From Raillietiella orientalis (taxonomy: Eukaryota), in assembly GCA_036172245.1 (NCBI GenBank), contig JAYWIR010000012.1, forward strand, positions 1,860,001 through 1,924,000: a stretch of 64,000 bases of DNA. Reading direction: 5' to 3'. The notes under the pieces were generated by a model. The model had not been told where the DNA came from. It saw nothing but the letters and a program-made list of their open reading frames with translations, and did not search any database. Below are positions 12,501 to 25,800 of this stretch, piece by piece. The position numbers and the translations under genes are program-made. Numbering within the stretch: position 1 is the first letter of the stretch; each line of letters opens with the position of its first letter.

Positions 12501-14254
12501 CAGAGCAGGGAAGAATGGTAAGGGAAAACGCAGGTTTGATGGAAAGAATCACCAGGGGTAATAAGATGGTGGGTTTGTTTTTCTTTTGGGATCTCGTCTG
12601 TTTGTTTACTGAGGATGCAGAGAGAGCCGAGAGTACATCGGGAGAGGAATGGAGCAGCCTGTAGTACTCAGAGACTGCCTCCAAACATAACACACTCAGA
12701 TGCCAAAATGTTGGTGGCGCGGGGGTAGGTCCCCGGAATTTCTGGAACCAAAAGGCCCATCCGGAGACCTGAATAAACTGGTGAAGAGAAGCAAAAGCCA
12801 TCGGAGATTCCGAGCTGGGCTGTTGTGTTCTTGAATCGTCGTCGGCAAAGAGCACTGCCGAAACGGCTTCGAAAGCTTCACTTAACGTGGTCACAGATTT
12901 TTCACGTGATGAAACCGGAAGCGCAGGACTCAGTTCATGACTGAGTCCTGCGCTTGCATTTGAATGGATGTTCTTGGATTACGTCACGTCTGCTCTTGCC
13001 TCCTGAGCAGGATCCCTCCTCCTCAGGGTAACGGAAATCACCTGGAGACGGACGTGTCCCTAGAAAAGCCAAACGGACGCTGTCGCCGTACTTGAATGCG
13101 GCGGTGCGCCAGACCTCATGATCTTGCCAAGCGGTTTCTCTTGATAGAGGTTCGGAATGGACGAAAACATGGACGGAGGAAGTAGATATCTTCCGCTTTC
13201 TTGACTTTTCCGTGTGGCCAGGACGCCGAAGAGCGAATTTTTTCGTTGAGCTGCATGCTGAAGGCAGCAGTGCGGATGAAAGGATGAGGATTGCATTCAA
13301 AATTTCGTACCGCTAAGAGATTAGATGAATAGATTGGTTCCCTAAAAACGAAATGGAAACAGCTCGAAAATTCCTGAAGATTTCCGAGCAGATGTGTGTT
13401 ACGAGCGGCATGCCAAACTGTTGATTTGCTGTGCTCTTGATTGCCTTCACCATCGTCCACACTACTCTCACAATTCAATTTACCCGATGAAACGTCTCTC
13501 CCCGTGACTTCTGTTGGACAACATTATGTTAAGACTTGGGCCCTGCCCGCAGGCGTTACCTGATTCGGATTCTAGACTTGCTTGCTATCGAAATAGGAGG
13601 CACGTCTCGGCCCATTCGATTTTCTGATTATTTGATTCTCGGCAGACTTGTGGTGTTTCTGCGTTGTCAGTGTTCCCGAATAAAGACAGCAGCAAACATA
13701 CCACGAAAAGTTGAAACAGACTACTTAATTCTTCGGCACTTTCCGCGCTCGTTTCGGTTCCCAAAGCTCCATCTTGCTAACACGATCGTCGCATCGCTGG
13801 TTCATGAGTAATCCGAACTGTTCCCATGATTTCAGCTTCTTCATGACGGGATATTTGCCGATCGGGTTTGAGTTTGCTCTGGAACTGACTTTCCCCGACG
13901 CAGAAGGGACCTCCTCAGGATTGCTGAACTGTTCAGCACAGGTAACAACAGCCCAGTCTGCGAGGCGGAACCACAAAGGGCTTCGCAACACTCTGCAACC
14001 CCTATCGAGAAAATGCGGGGGAAAAAAAGGGATCTGACTTCTGATTGTCCTATTTGCAGATTTTCGGCATTGTTCTGGTTAATGCATGTTCATTTTTGAA
14101 GTCTGCTTTCGGAGGATTCTGGTGCAACATAATGCTGACTTCGTGTCTCTCCATTGGATTATTACTTAGCTTTACGATAGACAATGACCTCAGACGCTTG
14201 TTCTTCCAAAAAGAGCAATCACAAAACAGTGAAGGCATAGAAAACATGGCTTAG
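3545..14254 (+). CDS. FLVCR: FLVCR-family (SLC49) MFS transporter, 9 coding exons
   Basis: Phase-consistent GT-AG exons 3545-3576, 4699-5008, 5683-5907, 7364-7505, 8888-9099, 9354-9457, 9510-9620, 13836-13941, 14060-14254. Motifs [85 protein letters not shown]. Exon 1 is less certain. Confidence 0.93.
3577..4698 (+). other. Fold-back intron (FLVCR intron 1)
   Basis: Nested imperfect helices 3613-3634/4644-4669, 3656-3672/4627-4644, 3784-3804/4551-4574. Confidence 0.8.
5009..5682 (+). other. Fold-back intron (FLVCR intron 2), rod-like
   Basis: Nested pairs 5036-5041/5630-5635, 5088-5094/5588-5594, 5125-5131/5580-5586, 5152-5158/5554-5560, 5315-5321/5450-5456. Confidence 0.8.
7515..7663 (+). 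repeat. Polypyrimidine (CCT/CTT-like) low-complexity tract
   Basis: Almost purine-free tract directly after the FLVCR exon 4 donor. Confidence 0.85.
12919..12955. repeat. Perfect 16-bp inverted repeat with 5-nt loop
   Basis: AAGCGCAGGACTCAGT-TCATG-ACTGAGTCCTGCGCTT. Confidence 0.95.
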
Positions 14255-14849
14255 GACGTCCGCTTCTGCAGTGTTCCGAGGCGATGCGAGGAGCAGCAGC
14301 TCGAGAACTGCTTCTAATGGATACGTTTTGAAGTGTATACAGCGATGTTTGGAAAGACAAGTGCCTTAAGATCCTAGCTTAATTACCCTGCGGCATTTTA
14401 ATATTTTGATGGTGGCCGCTTACTTTTCGGCATGAGTTGATTAAAAGTACTATATTTGCCCATTTTCCTGAATGGAACCGCTTCAAAAGCCACATTTTGT
14501 TAACAGTGTATGAATTTTTACTGAGTTGATGAATGACGCTTTCAACAGCATTAGTCGAAGTTATATGTAAATACATATTTCTTTAAAATAGATACACATT
14601 GCTCTTCGTGTTTGTGATGAGTGTTGTGCACTCAAGGTTAATTTAAACGCGTTGATCGGGATGCAAATGCCATTAATGGGATGGGAGAGAAATTAAGGCA
14701 TGAAACTTTCGATCCTGAATCGTCCAACGGCTACAATAGGAATGACCATCAAACTAATTAAAGTGAATTGATGGGGACAAAGCTCTTTTAAAAGAAAGTG
14801 AAGAGGCGAATCGTTCTGTTGGATACATCGATACAGCTGGGAGAGCAAA

Positions 14850-15200
14850 AACCGACCGGTTTTTCGACCAGAAGGCGTTCAACTACATCTCTGGAGCATC
14901 CTACATGAAGCAGTACGGCAATTCTACACAATACCACGAAGGCAATCAAATTACGTTTTCAATTGAAGCGAATGAAGTATGCAGTCGACATACGTGCACA
15001 AAGTTTCCAGCACGAAACAAAACTTCCGGATGAAAGAAAAAGTTTCCATGTCAGTCGAAAGGATAGCAAAATTGGTTATGGATGTATTAAACCTTCGTTC
15101 TGGTACTGTTTCTTTGGAACAAAAGATGCTCGATGGCAAGTGACACTTCACGATTGGAAAATAACCTTCAAAAACAGGAGTATAAGAAATGCTGGATGAC
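14850..15200 (+). mobile_element. Possible degenerate LTR-retrotransposon gag relic
   Basis: Frameshifted peptide fragments (AIKLRFQLKR..AQSFQHETKLPDE..VERIAKLV) reminiscent of gag; by-eye only. Confidence 0.3.
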
Positions 15201-16712
15201 AAAAGGCCATCACCAAACGGTAATCACCTTTTACTGTCATTAAGTAATAAACACTGGTTAAATAGAATATTGCTCAGTAGTTTCTGCATCAGCAATACTG
15301 GATCACCATAATCCCAACTGATGGTGGTAGTTCAGCAGAATTGAATTTGAACTAATTTTGGGTAAATCAGCAGAGATGGATTTTGAAACAAACCTCCATT
15401 CGCACTGCAGTACAGATCTTGAAACAAATCTTTAACATATGTTTTCACTCTCTAAACAAACCATCCTCAAAATATACTCAAAGCTTCATTCTTCATTTGA
15501 GTAAACAAATGATTAATTGGAAAGGAACTAAGGATGGCACTTTGCCACTTTCCCTTTCACATACTCTTTAGACAATTCAGAGTTCAAGATTCTGGTGTTG
15601 CATCTGAAGAGATGAAGAAATGACTGATCCAAGCACAAATTATGAAGTAGACTATTCACAGTGATATTTTCATAATCATTTGTTCATACTTCGGATATTT
15701 CCGAATGAATGTGTGTTTCCAAAAGTGATTCATGGATATCCAGTTGATCACATGCTTAGTCATTTGCATGCAGTGTTGAAAGTGAAAGTTTATGGAAGTA
15801 GTGTATAACCTTTCATGTAACACTGTCTTTTCTAAGAGATGAAACAATACTACTGGAAGAAAAAATAAATAAATAAGGATATTTACTTTAACTTTGAATA
15901 ATCATGCACTTACTGACCAATAAATACTTTCATATTTTATGTAAAATGGATTTGCTCTAGAGTCATGTAAATTTTGCATCAGTGAAAGTGTGACATTATG
16001 TAAGCATTATATATTACATTAGACAAGGTGTAATAATAGCAGTACCGACTTCCTGTTGATTGAATCTACAAACTCAAGGAAATCACCAGAATACATTTCA
16101 AAATACTTCATTTGTATTTTGAAATTTCATATCTTGAGTGGATATTCATTAAATGTTTTGAAACTTGGACTTTCTAATCAGGAAATTCTACTTATCTGCA
16201 TTTCCTTGTAAAAGGCACCTCAAAACATCAAGAAAAACCTCATGTAAATATCATAAAGTATTCTTGATCAAATTAGAAAAATGCAGATGCTTGCAATGCA
16301 CTGATTTTCAGAGTCCAATCATCAATTTAATCTTGAAAATCTTCCTATGCCCAAATCCCAAACAAAGCTGACTCACAATCATGAAATAACAAAAAGGGCT
16401 GCACACACACATTTTTTTTATAAGATTATTTTACAAATAAAAGAATTGACAGGAACACACAGCATATTCATCATCATTCCAAAACTGCTAATCTCATCAA
16501 AAAACTTTCCAGTGATTCAACAGAGAATGGATCTTTGATAATCTTGCATCACTATTTTGTGAAATGATACAACAATCTAAATGTCCTCAGCATGTTAGTT
16601 AGACTGTTTCTCATTATTTAAAGAAAATATGCTTTTATAGCACAGTAATCATCACATTTTCTTGCAAGGCAGACTATTCTAATTTAAAATGAATACTAGC
16701 TAAGCTTAGCAG

Positions 16713-17182
16713 TTAAAATGGTTTCAAGTAAACACTCTTTAATAAACTATGCAAGTGTGCAATTTCTGCATCTGTTTTTTCAATCTCATTGACTAGAAGA
16801 GCAAACTGCACACATCCTAATATCAAATTACTATTGCGTAGATTCCTAGGATTTCCGTACCTTTTACTTTCGATGAAAACCCAAATGTCTCCAATACTTC
16901 AGATTCTATTTCAGCAGCAACCGGAAATGTTTGCTGCACAGTTTTAAGCATATTATTTCCAGAAGCTTGTTTGATTCTTTCAAATTTTCGAATATTCTCT
17001 GGCAAATTAAAAGCATCCACAATCTTCTCTAAAATTTCTTAAACAGAATTTACATGTAGAAATTTCACCAGAAAAAGCATTTACCCTAACAATTTTTTCT
17101 ATTAAAGGGGCGCGGGATTACAACCCTGCAAAAACGAATACTACATGTTATGTCATGCAAAAAAGTTATAAATAATTACCAT
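16713..17182 (-). CDS. C12orf57: Protein C10 / C12orf57 (GRCC10) homolog; 5' end disrupted or unresolved
   Basis: Exons 17037-16861 (EILEKIVDAFNLPEN..NNMLKTVQQTFPVAAEIESEVLETFGF) and 16816-16713 (CVQFALLVNEIEKTDAEIAHLHSLLKSVYL) resemble C10. The upstream exon 17125-17085 has an in-frame TAG. Confidence 0.75.
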
Positions 17183-17559
17183 GATGACTCTTTACTTGGA
17201 AGGATGGGGTATATACGTGAAAATGGAAACTATAATTGAATGATACCAAAAATAAATTCACCATATTGGGCAGGTACTTTTTTTTATATTAGGCATGGCA
17301 ATGGGTGATTGAACCAAATCATGTACGATAATTACCTTTGATTTCCTCTTTCGTGAGACTCTTATTCATGGTCTGTGTAACTATGAAATGGGGAAGACTT
17401 GAATGTTTCTAAGAGTACCGTGCATCTCATATGCTTTCCGAAATTGACCTGTCACTTCCACGACTTCTCATCCCGGTGGCGAAACTGTTTGTTGACACGG
17501 CACAGCGGAAAGTTCCACACTTTCTTTTCGGAAATAAAAAAACGATTCTGAAGAGTTGC

Positions 17560-20500
17560 ACCCATTGGGATATCCTAAATTAATAACACAAGCAATTGCA
17601 GGCGATAGGAAACGAGGGGGAAGAAAAAACAAAAGAAATCAACAGTTCACTACTTCCTACTACTTTCCTCCTTTCGCGTAATTCCTGAACGTCAAAGCAT
17701 GCTAAAATTTTCCACGACTTCTCGGTTTAGTGTTTCAGTTCACTTTCGCTCCTCGAATTTTTTTTTTTTTTTCTATGGATAAGGAACTCCCCAAGCTTTT
17801 GTGCAACTCCTCAGCTGATATACTTATCCACTTACCATGCTCTGATTGCATTTGGCACTGTTTCCTTCTCAACTGCTCATCCTGGAACACACCTGCTGTT
17901 GTGTTTACGCTATCAAATAGTTATTGCAGTATGTAATTTAGAACTGTGCCACTGTTTAGAGAGTCTGTCTAATCTTTATAACGGCGGGTGTACGGAACTC
18001 CTGATGTTCTCTGCAGCTGTTCCCTTTCCAGGTGGTGATCCAGAGGAGTGCTTCTCCAGTAGAGGGGTTTTATTCGGAGGTTGTCTGCAAAAGTGCTAAA
18101 CCTTAGAACGTACGAAAACGTTGCAACTATAGGGAGGAGTTTAGGTGAAAATAATGGGAGTTTGTAACATCTGGGTGTTGGTTAAGGTTGTCTTGGAGCG
18201 GTTCTTACGACTGATCCACTGTAACAGAAGCTGGCTAAGCCCTGCAGAGGCATTGAGAACCTCAGAGGAGATATCGGTTAGTCACCCTATGGACTGAAGG
18301 TTATTTAGAGAGGGTGTGATTTTAGTGTCAACTGTTTGTTATGGAAGGGATAACAAGTATGGTGCACTAATAGTAAAATGAACAAGAATGCTAATGTACT
18401 TATCTGAGTGTGCATGTGCTTCTGTGATATGATGTCCTTTTTATGAAGTATGTAAATTATTGTTATTTGGACAGTGTACTGTGAAAATCATGAAAGTACA
18501 GTAAAATGTAGCTTAAGGAGATGGATAATACCTTGTTCTGTTCTGATTAGTGATATTTTTGCAGAATGGCGGTCAATGGTCTTATGATTATATCTGTAGG
18601 AGTCGCAGTTAGTTTCAAGTTCTCATGAAGAGGATGGTTCAGGAATACTTGCTTTGTTTTTTAGCCCGTGTGTGGATCTTTCGTCTACTAAGGGTAATCA
18701 GTGCTTGGTTGGTTGTAGGGATCACGATTAAGGAACTGAACGAATTTTTATGACTGCAAAGGACTGCTTTCAAATTGTGATAGATTAATGTCTACTGCTT
18801 TTAACAATAAACAGTAATCCATCTGATCTTGTTCAGGATGTTTCACGTGCTATTTAATCATAACGAATTTTTTGATATAATAGGATGACGTACAAGGAAG
18901 GGATTAATTGCTTGATGTTTCATTTATAGAAATATATATGTTTCATTTAAATTGCTTTTGAAGATATAGCTGGCTATATGATAAGCGCAGAAGAAAAAGT
19001 AGTAAAGTTTACTCTCTGGCTGGTACGTGGTAAGGTAAAGATAACGGATTGTTTCTTTGTCAAGAAAAGATTGAGAACAACAGTTCGTGATCTGAAGAGG
19101 AGGGTGCTATCCACTTTTGAAAGAAAATAGTCTTGTCAGTTTCTTAACTGGTAACTATGAGTCGGAATGGATCACATCTCTATCTGACTACGAAAGTTGC
19201 GGATCCGGTTGGAAAGATGAAAACTAGACTATTCTTAAGAGATTATGAATATGAGAAATTGCAGAATTAGTTAACGAAAACCTGAAATGGAATTTCCACT
19301 TAAAAATGGGATAATAAAAAAAATAGCAAGTGGTGGCATGTGAAGCCTATTTACAAGTACAGAATAAGACACATTGCTAATACATGCAATGGCTCAAACT
19401 GCTATCTGTCCGTGCTTTACGATGTGCTCTAAAAGACATTTACCATCATAAAAAATGAGGAACATGGTACCTCTCACTTTTCTGATGACGAACTCTCTGT
19501 CGCAATCGCTCCACATCTTGTGGACATGTGCTGTTATACTTTACCGTTTTGTTGAGAGAGAACACAACCCAACAGTCGTATGTTTTGGAGAATCATCATC
19601 CGATTATCGTTGTTGTGTTCCAATTTCAGCTCACATTTCCTATGCTGAAAGAAATAACTGAATTTCTTTTTCAACTGCTTCTGAAAATTCTTTTGGAATT
19701 TCGCTTGCTATTTAAGCTCTTCAAATGCGTAGTGAATTAGAATTCGAAATCTCTATCTTCTCCACCATATATTTATATTCATCTTATTTATAGTTACTCT
19801 GATATTCCTCAAGTCTTTGCCTTCTTTGACCAGATATACCAACAATCTGCTAATATGAGGATCTTTAAATTCAACTTTTGCAAATGCGACTTGTGATTTT
19901 CTGTTTTGTTAAATAAGTGGTTGGAGTCCATATGAGAAATTCTTGCAATCATATGTGCTCCGGATTTAGTTCTTCATAAGTTTCAAGGATGCAGTTCACA
20001 AAAGCTAAACGTCACAGGCTAATTTAGTTCCTTAAATTTCTGGCTCTACATACACCTTCTGCTAATCCATCTTCATCTTCATTTTTCTGTCAAGGGACTT
20101 CTGTAATTGCGATAGATTTATTTTCCTTTATAGCTTCTCTTCTATGTGCTGGTTCTTCTTGAAGACGTTTTTGGTAAGTCCATAATGTCTCGTCTCAGTG
20201 AAACTTGTATACCGATACTCTTCCTTATACTGACTTTGCTTAGCGTTGATTTTGGTTTCTTCTTTGACTCGTTGGGAGCTGGTGTTCATTCCTTTGAATT
20301 TACCAAACTGACCTATTAATGGTTCACATTATTACCCACCTGAGCCTGACTTCTTTTCTACTAGCGTTTCGAGAATTATGTATTGATTCTATTGAAAGTT
20401 CATTTTTACGACGTCTAGAGAACAGGTTTAGTGGAAAGGTACGAAAGTAACTATTTAAGCTTATTAACTCTCTTGAGTGTTCGTCCTCGAAACGAAATAT

Positions 20501-20900
20501 GCAAGCATTTCTCTTGAAGATACGAAACGCATTTTGCTAATACGTTTTTTTTCCTCATCTCCGCCAATGTTTGCCTCATTTTCCAGTCAGTCCTCATCTC
20601 TTTTTATGAATAACCGTAACCTGGAATCAAGGGTTTGTTTCCTTGTTAATGGAGATCCTCCTAGGTCCAACGGAATCGTTTGCTTCTTTAGTAACCACGT
20701 GGTCATCCCTGAACTTCGCTCACGAATCCTATTCTTTAAAAAAGAAAAAGAAAAATCCTATTCTTTACGGAATGAGTCACTGCAGTCCGTTGAAAGGAAG
20801 CCGTTTACCTGTCTTGTATTCAAAAAGCGGAACACAAGCATTATTTTTGCTCTGAGCCTTACATCCCGGTGCTCGCTAGCATGGGAAGAAAGGAAAAAAA
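17560..20900 (-). mobile_element. Possible degenerate Ty3/gypsy-like relics
   Basis: Broken fragments resembling a zinc knuckle (DGKC..KHGQIA, ~19450-19400), protease (LSG-IPFQVF..SAISHI, ~19300-19250), gag (KIRQTL*TVAQF, ~17975) and YRLQL (~17605); by-eye only. Confidence 0.3.
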
Positions 20901-22809
20901 AATGAACAAAAGAATATTCAAATTTAAGTTGTGGAATTATTGTATTGAAACTTCGTTCACTGATTCTGGACTCCAGTGATCACTCCCTGTAGGCACCATG
21001 TTTATTCCATTGAATAATTTCACCAGTACTTGGCTCAGTGCTAGTCATCAAGGCCGAGATTGGTAGGTAGCTTCGCCTAGGTTGTGCCTCCATTGACAGT
21101 GAATTCTCTAAGATGTTTATGGATGTTTCCGACGTTTTGTTTATGAACCGCTAGAGTCCGATGATATCTAAACTAATTTTCCGTTAGAATTAATATGTTC
21201 ATAATACTCACTGTATACACGATTTGAGGGAAGGTAGTTTTAGAAATTCTACCGAAAGGCGCGTATCATTTACATAATCATCAATTCTATTTAATTTCCA
21301 AGAAGCCAGAATCGTTGAAGATATTGTTATTGATCATATCTGTGATTCTTGAAAGATGTAGAATTAGAGGAGGAAAACATTCAAAGAACATTGTGTTAGA
21401 TACATTTCAGATACAAATAAACTAAGAGCGAAAATTGCTCACTTTATCTTTTCGGAACAAAATCCTACTCGAACTCCTTATGGTGTCTAATTATCTATTA
21501 CATTTTCACGCTCAAAAGTGTGAAGTGCATCCGGGATCAAAGTAGGCGATTTTAGTTTGTGCTAGAAGCGATCTCTTGAGCTGGGCGTGTAACCTTTGTC
21601 CAACATCACCGATAGAGTAGCTGTAGTGTAGTATACGAGGAGGGTAGATAAGCTTCCCTCCCTAAACAGCTGTTTATTTGAACCGCAGCATAAAGATGGC
21701 CTGATTTGTTTGAACAGAAAATGATAATGAATTATTGCGTCCCATGCTTTTAACACAGATAAATGATGGGGATGATGTTCTGCAGCGCATTTGCAGAATG
21801 AAGTGATTCAAAATTTGTAGATAACCTTGAAGCTTCATTTTGATTGAGATAACTGAAAAGGTATATTTCGAGTTTCTAAGCCGCGTTTCAATATAAAGAA
21901 AAATTAAAAAAAGAAAACACCACAAATCCAAAAATTTTCAGTATTTTGACGCAAGAAATGGGCATTACGACTGCACTGGGTCTTCAGTAAACTGCAACAT
22001 ATCTGTAAACTGAGATACTTCAAAAAGTATGTCGAAAAAACTAAAACTAGAAAAATGGACAGACGGTTTGTAATAACAAAGCCGTTTCCTAGTGGGAATG
22101 TGGACCAGGTTTCAATTACCAGAAGTACTTTAAATCATTGTGAAAAATTCAGGCAAGGTGAGTTTCAATTAATCAGTTTCAAACAGGGGGGGAAAAAAAA
22201 TGCATCGGATTTATCGATTTTGTATGCGTCTGCGTCTGCAGACAAATGCACTCAGGCAGACAGGGATGCAGTCCAACTGAGCAGTGCATAACGTTGAACT
22301 TTGTAGTTTTTGTACTGTATTGGAATTTGTAATGATAACTAATGTCTTTTTTATTTTAATTTGTGTTCACAACGCTTTAGACATGCATCTGACAAATGCC
22401 GCCCAGTTTAGTCCAAGAACAAATAATAAAATGATTGCTGCGAAACAAAATTCTGATTTTAAGGTATCACTGCTGGTAGTGTCCGTGGATAACGACAGTG
22501 ATTCACAGCTGATGTTAAACTTGAGTGAAGTATCATTTTAAAAGTCTTGCTTGTTCATGCTAAAGAGGTGTTTTGTGAAGACGAAGTTATGGCATTGAAG
22601 TAATTGCATGTTTTCGTAACTTAGAGCACTTGAATGTTCGAGTTTTCCTATCATTACTTCCGGATTTTCGTTTCGACGGTTGATGTTCAGTTATAACAAA
22701 TGCATCCTGTTTTAGCCGAAACAGTGCACCAAAAATCCAATAATTACAGTAAGATAGATACTATGTTTTAGCCGTGCAACCTTGCGTGGAGTTGGATATC
22801 ATATTTTAG

Positions 22810-25800
22810 CCGTTTATTATTCGTGGTACGGAATTTTTTTCCTATGGTATCTGACCTCATCGCACCCAAACTTTTTCATGCTGCATGCATCATGCATACT
22901 GTGAATTAACAGTATCATGTAAAGCCTTTAGCTTAATGGATAATGCAATGTTTGTAAAGCTGTGGGAATGGGCAGTATATAGGTTGGTTTTGTGCCCTTG
23001 ATTGTAATCAAAATTTGCAATGTTTACAGATACGAAATCATTAACGGTGAAAAACAATACAAAAATTTCCTTGAGGTGTTCTGTTGAAGGAAGCCCTCTT
23101 CCATTGATAGAATGGTTTATTAATGGAGAAAAAGTAAGTATGTTTTCCATGCAAAAAACGAACTTGGTGTCTTATTCATACCGAGTTTACCCAGATGGTT
23201 TTTCCTTTCTTCGAAATAAGAGTAAGAATCCATGATCTCACACATAAGAATCCATGATCTTGAAAAGCAAAATTGTTTTTTTTCATGAATTTTAAATTTT
23301 TGAAAAATCAAGAGTCACATTAGTAAATATCTTTCAAAAATAAATATTCAATAGGAATGCAGTTTGTTTCTGTTTTTATCGAAAACATTGTTGTGACTTA
23401 TTGTTGTATTAACTGTTTTAAAATTGACCAACTATTTAGAGCCAATATTCACATCACATTGTGAGAAGTTTTTCCGACTTCTGGAAATATGCTTTCAAAA
23501 AGTTTGTGCAATTAAAAAGATATGGGTGGAGTGATTTGTTATTAGGGTTATCATAGCAAATGTGTTTTTTTGGCACCAATAGAAAGCCAATGAATCAGTA
23601 AAACCTCAGGCACGATGAAACTGAAGTTCAGCATGTGCAGTATTTACTATTAGCCAACTTGATAAGTTTATGATTTAGAAAATAATTTTGTACACCTTTT
23701 TTCCCGAGCTTATCAGTGACTATTGACTATTGACATTTTCTCAATTTATCTAATTAATTTCGGGTGGTAAACTAATGTTCACTTAATAAGGCATAGGTAT
23801 ATTAAGTTCACATATTGGTTTGTTTCATCAATTAATTGTGTTACGACTTATTAAGATGACTAAAATGAAACTATCAAAAAAAAAAATGGTGCAGAATCAT
23901 TCTGTCATCTATGTATTCTCCCTAAATAACAATCTTCATACACTAAATAAAGATCATAAGTATTCATTATTTGAATCATGTGTTTGATGTTTATGTGAAA
24001 ATTCAACATCAGGACTGTATCCCTGTATTTCGTATTGTATTTCATATTAGTGCTCTTAATTTCATTTTAATTCAGGTGAACATGATGTTGTCCCACAATA
24101 AGTTTGATTTTAGATTTTATAAAGTTTCTGACATTTTTCTTCTACAGATCTCAATGGATGTTGAAATTCGATTGCAACAGAATTACATCAGTTCATCCTT
24201 AAATATTACTGTAAACAATAAAATGTTGGTTGAGTGTGTTTCTTTGTTGCCTAATGATCATTATATTGATCGCAAATTTATCGATGTTTCGGTACAGAAA
24301 GTTGTCAAAGGTAAACATGTTTCAGTTGATACAATGATATTATTATTTATTAGAAAATGAATCCTTACATCATTTGTATCACTTATGTGAAGCATATAGT
24401 AACAAGTTATGTCCACATTACATATCTCCAACTAATATGTGGAGAAGAAATGAAACAAATCACCAGAAGTATGAAAAAAAGTTTTCTTCCATGTGGCATG
24501 ATTTTCAGCTGTTCAGTGAAAAGTGTCAGGAAGCCATTCAAGTATGTGAATGTTATTCTCAGTGTGTAAATCTTAAAAATTTGTTCATTGTAGACTATAA
24601 TGTGTCAGTATGTCTTTTCACAATGCAGTAATAATGAAAGTTTTGAATTTTACTTATGCTATGAAGACTGTGCTGCTATCACGATGATATTCTGCTCCTC
24701 TGAATGGATAAACATGAAAAAAAGTTTTGAGGACATATTTAAATTGACTGGAGTAAATTTTGTTGGCTGTGATGCATTATCCAATGCATATGCAGAAAAT
24801 GGTATTTCATGTGTAAGGACAGGTCTAACTAGAATGAAAGCAGAAGAAATAACCAGTATGGACAATTCTCATTGGCATTTTTATGATTTCATTTAGTGGG
24901 ATGTATCAAGGACCGTGGGAGATTCTATCAAGGTTTTCAAAATGTTACCAAGGATGGTTTTGTGTGTCAGCATTGGATTAATGCTACTATTCCTAGTCAG
25001 AAATCGATCTTAGTTTTTGATGAACTGAAGCATGCAGAAAATTCCTGTCGTAATCCTGGTGGCATGGAAATTCTTCCATGGTGTTATACTTTTGATATTT
25101 CAATTCCTTGGCAGCACTGTGACATCCCTAAGTGCCAATCAGGTATGACTCACCTAACATTTTTCCTGATTAAATCAATACATGGTTTTGTTATGTTTCA
25201 GATGATAATGTTGTATCAGTAATAGAAATTCAACAAGAGATTCCTTTAGAAGCTATGTTACTTATTGGAGTGATTGGCATTCTATTATTGCTAGTGTTAG
25301 TGTTACTGATACGATATCGGCAGCTTTGTATTAAAGAATCAGCACAGGTATTTTCTTGTTTGCAATGTAGATTCATTTATTTTAAATAACTGAGTGTCCG
25401 TATCAGTTTTTTCATGTGCTCTGGCATTTAAGAACTGTAGAAATCCAAGGTAGCAAATCATGTCCAGTTATAGTACCCTACATCTGATGCAACAGGATGC
25501 ACATTATTCTATTTAATTATATTTATTTTCACTTGGTGAATATCTTGGCAAATATGTTAATGTTTTTTCTTTACTTTCACAAGACTAGCTTGAGTTTCTG
25601 GTTTATTAGGGAAAGAATTCATGTTATTAATGTCAGATAAATTGGTTTGTATTTTTGTTATTAAGGGCATTTGAAAATTTCATTTCTGTTCTCTATTAAG
25701 AAGAAAATTGTTTATCAGTGTGTCTTGGTTTTCATTTTTTTGTTCTTTTTTTGCACTTGACATTTGTTTGTGTGTGTGTGTGTGTGTTTTTTTTTTGAGG

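Noticed and set aside
11360..13620. Nested antisense gene in FLVCR intron 7
   Set aside because: Splice-like signals exist but no consistent frame or homology; segments pair with the opposite intron arm (e.g. 11023-11040 with ~12262-12280).
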